Made by a program: the position numbers and the translations under genes. Below, one piece after another: positions 11,499-23,409 of a DNA stretch of 64,000 nucleotides. The notes under the pieces were generated by a model. That model was given only the letters and a program-made list of their open reading frames with translations, did not search any database and was not told the origin of the DNA. The first letter of the stretch is position 1, and each line of letters opens with the position of its first letter. This DNA is from Chrysomallon squamiferum (Eukaryota > Animalia > Mollusca). The stretch covers positions 25,916,001 through 25,980,000 of the forward strand of contig CM022673.1 in the NCBI GenBank assembly GCA_012295275.1, in the 5' to 3' direction.

Positions 11499-14012
11499 TC
11501 ACATTTTGGTGACGTAGGAATCTTCAGCAGCTTCTTCGTCTGAGAAATCGTCGAGATCGGGCAGAACTGGTAAGATGTGCTGGATCTTGGCCACGGCAAT
11601 GGCGTCATGAATGTCCAAGAAAATGTTATCCTGAGGTATTTTGTCAAAGCAGCCGGCGTGTTTCATAGCGCGCCTCATGTCGTGAGAACATCCAGCCAGG
11701 AACACCTTGATGTTCACGTGGCCGTATTCCGTGAAGATGTGACTCAGAACGTTGGCACCCGAGGCGTCAAGGTAGTTGATGACGGTGCAGTCGATGATGA
11801 CGTGGTGGGTTCGTCTCAGCTTCTTCAGTTTCTCGTCGGTTACGATCTCCCCTCCGTCCTCGGGGTCCTCTTCCTCCTCGTCCGATCTCATCGTTGTTCC
11901 GGAGTCGATGCTCATGTGTCGGGGCACGATGCTCTGTTCATTCGACCCGAAACCGTTTTGTTTCAGGGTGTAACCGTCGTTGGTCTGGGTGTCGGTCAAG
12001 GTCAGGGCGGGAACCTCGACGCTGCTGATGGATCCCCTGGGCGTGGACAGACTGGTGGTGGACTCGTTGCTGCTCATTCTTACAAGATTGTTCTCCGAGT
12101 CGCTGAGTTTCAGGCCGCTGTTGTCGAAAGAGTTCGATTTAAGGTCGCGATTTTCCATCTGTTTTTCTTTCAGTTTCGTTAGCTTGGCCAGTCGGGTCTC
12201 GTTCTTTTTCAGAAGTTTGAGCAACTTTCTCGGGTTGACCGTGGTTCTGTACAGGCGATTTCGAAATATCTCGGCATTGGCAAAGTATAACGACGACTGG
12301 AATCTGAATATTTTTATTCCAGGAATTTCCATCGAATCTTGGTACCTTTTATGTTCCACTAAAGCACTGTCTTTCATCGTTCTGCCGATCCGGTATCCCC
12401 TCGCAAACTGTGTTTGAAACACGACTGTGATAAGCGAAACACAAACGCCTATTCCAAGACCATAATCGATGTCCAAGAACACGACGCTGAGAATGGTGGC
12501 TATCCAAATGACGAAATCAAATTTATTGATGTGCCAGAATTTCTTTCCGTCTCCTATCTGGACAAAAAGCCCTTTCAGAGAAACAAAAATTATAGCGGCG
12601 AGAACCGACTTGGGTAACTGTGTGAAGAGAACACTGATGACCATAATCAGCAGGATCATTAGCATCGTGGTGAATAACCCATTCAGTGTTGTTTTGGTGT
12701 TCATGGCGCTGGAGACCATGGATCTTGGAGGTGCCACACTTGACGGAAAGCATCTGAAGAACGCACTGATAAAATTACACATTCCATACGCTATGAATTC
12801 TTGACTGTCGTCCACTTCGTAGTTGTGTCGTTTGGCACAGATCTTCGCCATGGCGATAGTGTTAGCGAATATAAGAATAGCTATAATGAAGCTGTCAACG
12901 ATCACACTGGGTGCTTCGTCCATAGGAGGAATTACCGGAGGTGGAATCGTGTTTGGAATTTGACCTACGATGGCTATACCAAAGTTTCCTCCTAGGTCGG
13001 CGAAATAGGCGACAACGGTGCCTACGATAACTACAAAGAGTTCAATGGGCAGAGGCACAAAAAGCTTATGCTTGAATCTTTCATTGATGCATTCCTTCAC
13101 TAAGAAGATTACGATGCAGGTTATCAAAGCACAAACAATTGCTGCTACGTTGGCGTCCGATATGGCTCCGAATATTTCAATGTAATTCTTGACGATTTTG
13201 AACGTTCCTGAATGTCTCTGGACGGAGATGCCCAGCATGGCCGGCACCTGACTCGTCGCGATGTGAATTGCCGCCCCTGACGTGAACGCCGCAAAGAACG
13301 ATTCGGAAAGATAAGCGGTGATGAAGCCCAGTTTGAGCATGCCCATTACGATCATCATCAGCCCAGTGATCAGCGTCACGGTCATGACAACGCCTTCCTT
13401 GTAGTCGAGGTACTCGGGCACGTCGTCCAGGGGTATGGCCGTACCGTTAATCGTGAAGTTCAGCAAATGAGGGTTATTCTGAACGTACGCATCCCCTTGG
13501 CGGTCCACCACACTCGCAGTCAGTATACAAATCACTGCACTGGTTCCCATCGACACGTGAGCGGATGTCCCGAAGAACACGTAGAGCAGTACGGGCCAAA
13601 GCGAGGTGTACAGTCCATTTTCAATTTTCACAGACGTCAGCTGACCGAACGCCAAGGCTTGCGGGATGTGAAGAATACCGACGGTCAAACCAGCGAGAAT
13701 GTCTATGAGCAGATTACTCTTGATGTTGTAGTAACGCAAAACCTTTATGATCGGAATATAAGTGCAGCAGGTCTTCCACAATCGTTTCTTTGAGCAGTAG
13801 AGTTTCCCTTTTATTTTCTCGCAAACAGTTCTGCTAGACGCTTCGCTTTTCACGTGCAGCTCGTCAAACGCGATCTGAGTGTAGGGAGGTCTCTTTATTA
13901 GAATTGCGTTTTCGACTGCACAGGCTGAGGGGCAGGAGAAACGCCTACCTCTCCTCCCGTACGGTGCAGGGGCCATCGGCATGCCATCTACAATAGAGAC
14001 GGAACGCTTCAT
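11499..14012 (-). CDS. SLC26/SulP anion transporter (prestin/SLC26A5-like) with STAS domain, single coding exon, about 837 aa
   Basis: 859-aa ORF. A TTTCAG| acceptor at 14028-14030 precedes the likely ATG at 14012. Motifs DILAGLTVGILHIPQALAF, GLYTSLWPVLLYVFFGTS, SQEFIAYG, FQSSLYFANAE and VIIDCTVINYLDASG (STAS). The C-terminus is VTKM. Confidence 0.93.
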   Translation of the reverse strand: MKRSVSIVDGMPMAPAPYGRRGRRFSCPSACAVENAILIKRPPYTQIAFDELHVKSEASSRTVCEKIKGKLYCSKKRLWKTCCTYIPIIKVLRYYNIKSNLLIDILAGLTVGILHIPQALAFGQLTSVKIENGLYTSLWPVLLYVFFGTSAHVSMGTSAVICILTASVVDRQGDAYVQNNPHLLNFTINGTAIPLDDVPEYLDYKEGVVMTVTLITGLMMIVMGMLKLGFITAYLSESFFAAFTSGAAIHIATSQVPAMLGISVQRHSGTFKIVKNYIEIFGAISDANVAAIVCALITCIVIFLVKECINERFKHKLFVPLPIELFVVIVGTVVAYFADLGGNFGIAIVGQIPNTIPPPVIPPMDEAPSVIVDSFIIAILIFANTIAMAKICAKRHNYEVDDSQEFIAYGMCNFISAFFRCFPSSVAPPRSMVSSAMNTKTTLNGLFTTMLMILLIMVISVLFTQLPKSVLAAIIFVSLKGLFVQIGDGKKFWHINKFDFVIWIATILSVVFLDIDYGLGIGVCVSLITVVFQTQFARGYRIGRTMKDSALVEHKRYQDSMEIPGIKIFRFQSSLYFANAEIFRNRLYRTTVNPRKLLKLLKKNETRLAKLTKLKEKQMENRDLKSNSFDNSGLKLSDSENNLVRMSSNESTTSLSTPRGSISSVEVPALTLTDTQTNDGYTLKQNGFGSNEQSIVPRHMSIDSGTTMRSDEEEEDPEDGGEIVTDEKLKKLRRTHHVIIDCTVINYLDASGANVLSHIFTEYGHVNIKVFLAGCSHDMRRAMKHAGCFDKIPQDNIFLDIHDAIAVAKIQHILPVLPDLDDFSDEEAAEDSYVTKM

Positions 14013-14483
14013 CAAGACTCTTAAAACCTGAAATGAACAACAATAAAAATTAGAGAGTAACTGTAGTAACACTAACACATAGAAAGTTCAAAAGCGGTAA
14101 CACATGTGTATTGGAAAAATACGTAAAGCTAAAACCAATATTAGCAAAGCTAAGAACATTTATTACTAAAGTTTCTAAAGCTAAATATTATATTGTTAGT
14201 ACCTTTGTTATTATGGTTGTAGTGGTTATCCAGCTGAATTTAAAGACATGTAGAATTCTAGTTTTATTTTATTTTATTTTATTTAAATAACGAACAATGA
14301 TCTCAACTTCTTAACATATTTTTATTCTCTAAAATTCCTTTCTTTAACACATTTTATATACAAAGATTAAACATTTAATATAATAACATTATAATTATTA
14401 TTTTTAAATCTATACACAAAAATCATCACAATATATCTAAATTATAATACTATATTTTTTTCTGTCAGTTGGTTTTCATTTCA

Positions 14484-14524
<41 letters not shown>

Positions 14525-15613
14525 TTATTTTAATTCTATTTTTCTCAAAATAATTATTCTTCTTCGTTTTTTTTTCGTTTTTTTTCTCGTTTTGAGTTAT
14601 TTATTATATTTTTTTTTTTTTTTTTTCTTATTTCACTAACTTTAATTAATAAATATATTTACAAACACCGCAACAATAACAAATGCTTCATTCCTAGGTA
14701 CTTATCACCTAGGTAACCTTTCCCTCGCGAAGTCTCACAGAAGACATATTATTTAAATTCATGGCAAATTTAACTGACATCCCGCGTCGTAATTAATCTC
14801 AGAATAGAAGCTGAAAGTCTATTTTTGGAAACTCGGTCCCAGGGAAAGACATCACAAATGACACATTCTGAATACGTATGTATATATACGCACACATTTA
14901 AATATTTATAAACAGAGCTTGCTGGGTAGTGGTTGGATTAAAAGGCGGGTAGCTGATTATCTGCTCAGGTGGTTTAAAAAAAAAAAAAAAATTAAAAATG
15001 AGAAAGAAAGAAAAGAGGAAGATTAAAATGAAGAAAGAAAAGAAAAATCAGCAGTGAAAAGTGATCAGTGAAAACAACAGTAAACCTCAGCTTGGGTTGA
15101 AACAGATAATTTGTGTTCAGCTTATTTCTCTATTGTTTTGTAATCTCTTGTGTGTGTTTTGATATTTTTGTCATACCTAACCAATCGTTTTTATACGTGT
15201 GTTTTTGTTTATGGCATTGAAGTGTTTGCAAGTTTAAAATATTCTATTCCTATTACAAATTGTATTAGGCTTGTTATAGCTGGGAGGGGGGGGGGAGATT
15301 ATTAATTTATTTATTTGAAATATTTACTTAGAATCACATCTGTAAATAACCATTACAATCCCAAATAAAAATTCTGAAACTATTTTATCATAATTTTGTA
15401 ATCATTAAACAGAATTTGTTAATTAAAATTTTTATTGGAACAGAGAAGAATCTTACTTTGTTCTTTTTATTTATTTATTTATTTATTTATCATCATCATC
15501 ATCATCACCTGATTTCCAGCTTGGTGAAAATCGTAAGAAATAATATAATATTTTTTTTTTCTACTTTTATATTAAACAATTTTGAACAGTGTGAATATCA
15601 TAACTGTTTTACT

Positions 15614-15650
<37 letters not shown>

Positions 15651-16225
15651 ACCAACCTTATTTTCCCAAAATTCTGAATGTTCTGTCAAAGCAAATCTTG
15701 CCAAACCACGTTCTGTGTGTGTTGTCTAAGTGAGACTTTGATGTGAGAGAAATGACGAGTCAGTTTTTAAAGTCTGCTGTCTGACGACTATTTCCCAGTT
15801 AAACTGCTGCTTAGAAACGATAATTTTTACTTCGGTCACGTGACGACGTTTTTAAAATGCAGTTAACTGTACTCTAACTGTCCTAATCTTAGATGACATC
15901 AACTCACAGAAGCAATACTTGAGCGTGTTTCTAGTAAGCGTGTTTTAAATATTTGTAAGTATGTGTGTGTGTGTATATATATATACATATATTATTTTAA
16001 GAAGAAATAATAAACACTGCTTTTACGAATAATTTTGCAAATGCATGCGCTTTCGTTATGATGATAATGTTTCCAAATTAGTTAACATCTTGTTCATATT
16101 TGGTTTATTTATTTATTGTGTCTTTAATTAATAATTGCGCCATCTACATGTTCACAAATACTGGATGATTTTTCAGATCTGAAATGAAGCCTTCTTTATA
16201 GGCAGAGTCTATAAATTCGTTTGTC

Positions 16226-16227
<2 letters not shown>

Positions 16228-16308
<81 letters not shown>
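16228..16308. repeat. (AG)n microsatellite
   Basis: Pure GA dinucleotide run. Similar runs lie at about 25365-25432 and 38962-39019. Confidence 0.9.
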
Positions 16309-16310
<2 letters not shown>

Positions 16311-17331
16311 CGCTGTTATTCTCGAAGTTATCGATATTCGATATCTGCTTCGCCCTATTTTCATTTATTTTTTGTTCACCTTTTTTTAAATACATAATAC
16401 TGCTTTATATCAACCCTGAACTGAATGCTGATTTTTTGACTAAATAAGAAATATCCACCATACATCTCCCATTGGCTAATGACGATTAAAAAAATAATAA
16501 AAATAAAAATAAAAAATCGATTAGCTTAAGATGGAATGTCAAGATCATGATACTTCTTTAAAAGTTCCTATTTTGGGAACACTTCGAGTTGGCTAGCAGT
16601 TTTTATTTTATAAATAGACCCACAAGTTAAAATACTGGACATTCTTGTTCTTATTATAAATGTGCTTAATGCAACAACTTTGTAAACAAGTTCTAAAAAT
16701 AAAAGAAATCTATTACGTCTGCTCGCAAAAATAATTCTTTGTCTCTACAACAGTTGGACGAGTACACTGTAAGATGTCACTATACGATGGGCTGCTCTTT
16801 TTCGATTAGCATTTAGAGATTTTTTGATATTCACTTTCCTAAAGAGAAGAAAGATAAAATATGGCCTTTGATTATGAAAAAATAATAACATAAAATTAAA
16901 TAAAATTAAATAAATAGTACTTGAAACAAAAACCCACGCATATACCCAAAATAAAAAATGACTGAGGAGACACAAGGGCCCATCCACATAATGATGAAGA
17001 TTATAATTTTATTGTAGTTCTGCTCAATCATTATTATTAAGGCTAACTTAAGATTTCCAGTTATATTTCATCTAATATTCCTGCAAAGATGATGATCATA
17101 TTAATCAGTAACATTTTCACATAGATTTAAAGTGTTTATATGGCAGCCATACAAGATGTTGGTACAGCGAGATTAAGCTGTTTACATACTGGTATAATCC
17201 TCACAAATTACAGGTGTTTTCTAACAATTACAATTATTATTAGGATTAGATTAGGATTAATGAATTACTGTTGTTTTAAAAATACTTCCATTTATTTATT
17301 TGTTTATTTACTTATTTATTTATTTACTTAC

Positions 17332-17366
<35 letters not shown>

Positions 17367-17368
17367 TT

Positions 17369-17575
17369 TGATCTACTGTGTCTTGTTCTAGCAAAATGCT
17401 AAGATTATATATTTCTGTTTATGGGTAGGTGTGTAAAATACTTCTTTACTTATTTATTTGTTTATTTATTTATTTATTTATTCTGATCTACTGTTTCTTG
17501 TTCTAGCAAAATGCTAAGATTATATATTTCTGTTTATGGATAGGTGTGTAAAATACACATTGCTGCTAATCAGAT
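17369..17575 (+). repeat. Tandem duplicated ~73-bp unit separated by (TTTA)n, probably a fragment of a dispersed SINE-like repeat
   Basis: tgatctactg...ctagcaaaatgctaagattatatatttctgtttatgg.taggtgtgtaaaatac occurs at about 17369 and 17484. Its tail (ttgctgctaat) resembles degenerate segments at about 19230-19330 and 60950-60990. Confidence 0.7.
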
Positions 17576-17919
17576 ACAATAAGCGATGGAGCTGCGACTG
17601 CGGGTTTTATCTGTTATATTATTATTGTTATTGTTATTGTTGTTGTACAAAACTTAATTATCGTTACTATTAAAATGTATCGAGTAAAGACAAAACAAAC
17701 AAACAAATAAAAAATAAAATAAATAAATTAAAAACAATAATAATAATAATTCGTTTGCTGCGTCGGTTAGTCGTTATCTTCTTTTTTTATTTCTTTTCTT
17801 TTCTAATTTTTCTTCTTATTTTTTTAAGTTAAGTTATTCTGTTTTTGTTCGTTTATTGTTGTTGTTTTTTCTGGTATTATCTTTGTTTGTTATTTCTTTC
17901 TTTTATTCTATTTGTTTTA

Positions 17920-17982
<63 letters not shown>

Positions 17983-18204
17983 TTATAATTTTATATTAAC
18001 CTTTCTATAAAAAGCCTATCAATAATCTTGAAATTTTTAATATACATTTGTCATTTGTCATAATATTTTTGCAGAACTTTTGTAATCATATGAATAAACA
18101 ATATAATTGACATAAATTAATTTTAAATTGTTCAGTTTGTCAGTGCAATTAAAATATTGAAATTACTGTCAGAACCTTTGTCTCCGTTATTATTCCCAGA
18201 AAAT

Positions 18205-18246
<42 letters not shown>

Positions 18247-18488
18247 AAAAAATGAAGAAAAAAAAAAATAAAATAAAAAAAAAAGAAAGAAAGAAAGAAA
18301 GAAAGAAGGAAAAAAAAAAAGGAAAAACGTTTATTTAGATTATCGTCTAAGATAAACTGTAAAATGATTTTATCTAATTTTCCACTGTAATAAAAATAAT
18401 TTTAAAACAAAATACGATAACAACAACAATAATAATGATAATAGAAATAAACGTTACAACTGATCAGTAATATAATATAATATAATAT

Positions 18489-18760
18489 CAGGGCAGATCC
18501 AACTTTTCTAATGAGGGGCGTTCATGACAAAAAGGACACAATAACTTTATGAAAGGACACTATTGAAAAATTACACATGGTTTACATGGACCATAATATA
18601 ATAGTGCTGCTACAACAGGGACATTGGCAGACATATTATACAGAAATTTTTAAAAACTAAATAAATATGTAAAAAAAAAAAAAAAAAAAAAAATCCTGAA
18701 CAAAAGGGGCACTTCTCAAATTTGAGGGGGGTTCTGCACACCATTCTAGATCCGCCCCAG
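18489..18760. mobile_element. Small non-autonomous DNA transposon (MITE) with CAGGG(G)CGGATC-type termini
   Basis: The left end cagggcagatcca and right end tctagatccgccccag form imperfect terminal inverted repeats. The interior is non-coding and no clear target-site duplication is visible. Confidence 0.55.
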
Positions 18761-19951
18761 AATAAAAAATTGTAAACATATTTCGAAAAATAAAAATTAT
18801 TCTAATTTGTTTTTTTTTTATTATTATTCTATTTGCATACGAACGAAAAACAACATTTGTTGTAGGTATCTTTAAGCGTCCCAACTGCTACATTTATACG
18901 TATACAAAATAGTTAACATTTCTTTGTTTATTTAATTTTTATATCACGTACACGTAGCAAAAATGACAAGCAAAACTAAACCTCTAGGACACGGTATGAA
19001 ATTTTATGTTTTTGTTTTAACAGACGTGCACATAGTTACGCCCATTTTGTTTATGTACTTTCCTCCCACTGAACAATGAACCTAAACAGAGGAGTTTGGA
19101 AATTTCGGCGAATATCTTTCAAAATGCTGCAGATGATGACTTGGATAATTTTTCTGAATTTTAAGGATTATTCTTTTTTTTGTACAGGCGCCCAGATATG
19201 CGAACACTACCCATCGGTGCGCTTTTTAGACTAATTCCCATTCCAATAACAGCTCCACTAATAAAAGGCGTTGTGGTATGTGCTTTACGGACAGTTCAAA
19301 ATGAAAGATCTTTTGCAACTACTGGTTGGGACAAATTACCTTGTTCCTGCATTATCATTGACACATTTGGCTTCTGTTAAGTTCTAATAATAATATAATG
19401 ATGTAAAGCAAACAGTCTATTTTTTCTTTTCATATGCAGTTTTTGTGTTTGTGTGTGTGTGTGTGTCGTTGTTCCAATCTCATTATTTTATTACTAAGTT
19501 GTTTGTTATTTTTTCTTCTTTTCTTAGGAAGGGGAGTGTGGAATATTTTATTTTATTTGTTTTTCTTTTCCTTTTTTAATATTTTTATTTATTTTTTTTT
19601 ATTTATTTATTTTTTATTTTTTTTTATTTATTTATTTATTTATTTATTTATTTTTTTATTTTTAAATATTTTTTTTTATTTATTTTTTCATTTTTTTTTA
19701 TATTTTTATTTATCAATCTATTATTTTTTTTCCTTTTCCCTTTTTAATATTTTCATTTATCTATTTATCTATTTATTATTTTTTATTTTATTTTATTTTT
19801 ATTTTTATTTTTTTTTTTTTTTAATTTAAATTTAAATATAAAAAGTAAGAATTCTAAATGCTTCGAGAAACAAAAGTAAAGCGACTGATGAAAGCATTTT
19901 GCAGGTTAGGTCAGACCATCCCGACACAGAAAACGTAGCAGAATACAAATA

Positions 19952-20390
<439 letters not shown>

Positions 20391-21057
20391 TGCTACATTT
20401 TCTGTAGCAGAGAGTAAATCAAATACTTAGACACTTATTTTTTTCTTTATATATATATATATAAATAAAAAATATGAAAGTTCCTAAGTATTTGATTTAC
20501 TCTGTTTATCTTAAAAAACAAAAACCTAAAATAGCTTGTAGAGCCTGTTAAGTGATTAAAAAAGAAAAAAAAATGATATATGAACATATTGAACAGAAGG
20601 TAGTTTATGCTTCCCATATACCTTGTATCAGCGTTCTGAATAATAATGACTAAAACTTTTACTTTTTTTATAACTTAAAAACAGTTTGCTATAAAACCAC
20701 ATACATCTGCTGCACAGTTTTTTTTTTCAAAATGTTTGAAACGTTATGATTAAATAATTACAAAAACTTCACTGTTTTTTGTTATTTATAGAATAGCTGC
20801 ATGAATGCCATTTTTAATATTTAGAAAAATAGAATAATAAGAGAGAATGAAAGAAAACGATTTCATTTTGCTGCCAGAAATAATTAAAAAAAGAAAAGAA
20901 ATGCATGAAATAACAAATAAAAAATAAAGAAAATAAATAAAGAAAAATAAATATTAAAACTATGAAAAGTTAGAAAAAAAAAAAAAAAAAAGAAAAAAAA
21001 AAGAAAGAAAAAGAAACCCTAATAAAACAAATTCTTTCTTTTTTTTTTTCTCTTAGA

Positions 21058-21128
21058 ACCCACACATAATTAAACACATGCACTAACCACACATAATTAA
21101 ACACATGCACTAACCACATATAATTAAC
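21058..21128. repeat. 27-bp minisatellite, about 2.5 copies
   Basis: The unit aaccacacataattaaacacatgcact is repeated in tandem. Confidence 0.8.
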
Positions 21129-21295
21129 ACTGGATTAATGGATCTTTGAAATCTGCTGACAGGTTTTAATCAATCATCTTATGCACTCGGCTTCTTTATG
21201 CACAATCGAAGAGATATGCATAATTATATGTTCGATCTTATTCTTAAATTTTTTTGTTTTTTTTTTAAATTATTATATATATGATTAAAACTTAC

Positions 21296-21430
21296 CGACT
21301 GTAGATAAGCCTCGATTTGACAATCGGTTTCTTAAAGAGTGAAGAAACGTCTGTTCTGTTGGCAAAACATGCCGCTGTGATTCAGTTATACGAATTTTGT
21401 CTTAAATACCTCTCCAACAGGACGTCATCA
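21296..21430 (-). other. Candidate non-coding 5' exon of the SLC26 gene
   Basis: Strong donor TCG|GTAAGT at 21290-21296 on the - strand, in a more complex CpG-containing block upstream of the SLC26 acceptor at 14028. The 5' boundary is unknown. Confidence 0.4.
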
Positions 21431-22263
21431 ACAATTTATCATGTCATGTGTTTGCCATAACATATTCTCTCGCCTCGTGTTTTCATATTCGTTGAAAATT
21501 TCGCAGAGAAAACCTCGGTATGGATGTCTAAACAGTGGGTGTCATCTTTGATGTTGTCTGAATGACACGCTGTCATCCTTTCTAATATACTACTTTGTCA
21601 TCATCATGCAATTTATGTTCTTTTTCCCCAAGTCCTGTTGATGACATGTTTATCTTAGTTTAACATGTTACGTTGTTCGCCCGTCAAATGCTTAACTTAG
21701 TCATAATTACTTGGATATAAATCACAAGAAGGAAACGTATTCTCTTTACATCAGATTCTTTGAAATGACAAATTCACTAGGCGAGAACACCCGAATAAAG
21801 CCGAGCAGGGCTCGAGAAGGTTGACTAGTGACAACTGAGGGGTTTTTTTTTTCTTCAGTTTAGCTGTTTGCTGGAACGTTGATTGTTACGTATGTTGCAT
21901 ATTCATGATGCATGATGAACCGACTTCAAGCCACACCCATGTTCATATTAGTTTTATTATTTTTGTACCATGCTCTCATTTAACGGTAATTATATAAAAC
22001 CCGCCCATATCTGCTCGCCCTTAATGAATATTAATGAACTCTTTTTTTTTCAACGACCCCGCAATCCATTTTAAAACTTCTTTTTTTTTCTCTATTTTTG
22101 CACTAATGACGTCTGAGAGGAAACCTATTGCAATGTTACTACAGGCAGTTTTTACTGATTAGCAGTATGAGATCTTTATTATAGAAAACATAACAAGTTA
22201 CAGATTTAATCCTCTTTCGTTTCCTATCCGAGAATCAATATGCGACCTGAGTATCAAAAAGCC

Positions 22264-22297
<34 letters not shown>

Positions 22298-22874
22298 CTT
22301 TCGGTTATGAGAAGGAGCATTATTTGAAATCCCTTGTAGCTAGCAGATGAAATACTCTCGTAATAGTAGAAACCTGCAGTACTCTTGCATAGCAAAAAGG
22401 AAAATAGATTCCCGTTACTATTCAGTTCACCGATATGTCGTTAAATATTCGTTTATTAAGTGTTTGTCATATATCTCCACGGCCGTATCAACATTGAGGC
22501 AAATAAGGCAAATGTCTCATACCAAAATTTTTTATTTTATAAAAAGATTTTATTTAAAAAATATAAAAAAAAAAAAAAAAAAATTAATCTCTATTCCGAT
22601 AGAAACGATATCTACTGAATTAATACCGTTTGAAGTCTAAGTGTTTTTGCCTCATTCTCGTAGAGTCCAGTTACGGCCTTGACCTCAACACTTCTGATCA
22701 GTTAAGAACAATTAGCTTATTACAACCCCATTCTATTAGTCAGAAAAGAAAAAAAATTTAACCTCTGATAATCAGAACATGTCAGTTTAACAACATCTGT
22801 CATGCAAATAAAAAAATAAAAAGAACTCTACGAACATAATATTTCCGCGAGCTATACAGAAAGTGTCAGAATTG

Positions 22875-22912
22875 CATGTGGCCCGCAAGCCGTGGTTTGT
22901 CCGCCGCCACTG
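22875..22912. mobile_element. Degenerate hAT-like transposon terminus
   Basis: gcatgtggcccgcaagccgtggtttgtccgccgccactg resembles the GCGGCCCGCGGGCCGTAGTTTG..C.CCCTG ends of hAT non-autonomous elements, compared from memory. Confidence 0.3.
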
Positions 22913-23211
22913 TCATAGAAAAATAAATAATATTGATTTGAGTGTTTGATGCATTGCTGGCAATACTGCTGAATGTATATTTTTCAGTGATACTTCAGAG
23001 CGTATCTGTTAATAATTCAGTCATTGTATTTACATGAAAGAGAAAACCTCGCTCGCTCGCTGATTTTATGTGCATATTTTAAAACTGTTTGATGATGATA
23101 CAGGTTGGACGGTAAATAAGAGAGTAAATTCTGTGAAAAAAGATTGGATCGCCAGTTTATTTATTATACACAAATGGTTATGTAACATTTATAAAAGAAA
23201 GAGATTCATTG

Positions 23212-23287
<76 letters not shown>

Positions 23288-23333
23288 TGTATGTATGTAT
23301 TTTCTGTAGCAGAGAGTAAATCAAATACTTAGA

Positions 23334-23409
<76 letters not shown>

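Noticed and set aside
11577-13793. Several + strand ORFs of 65-201 aa overlapping the SLC26 gene
   Set aside because: These are antisense shadows of a GC3-rich coding region with no recognisable protein features.
622-14012. Sulfatase near an SLC26 sulfate-permease-family gene as a sulfur-metabolism cluster
   Set aside because: GNS is a lysosomal housekeeping enzyme, a Kv gene lies between them, and nothing in the sequence shows co-regulation. Adjacency alone is not evidence.
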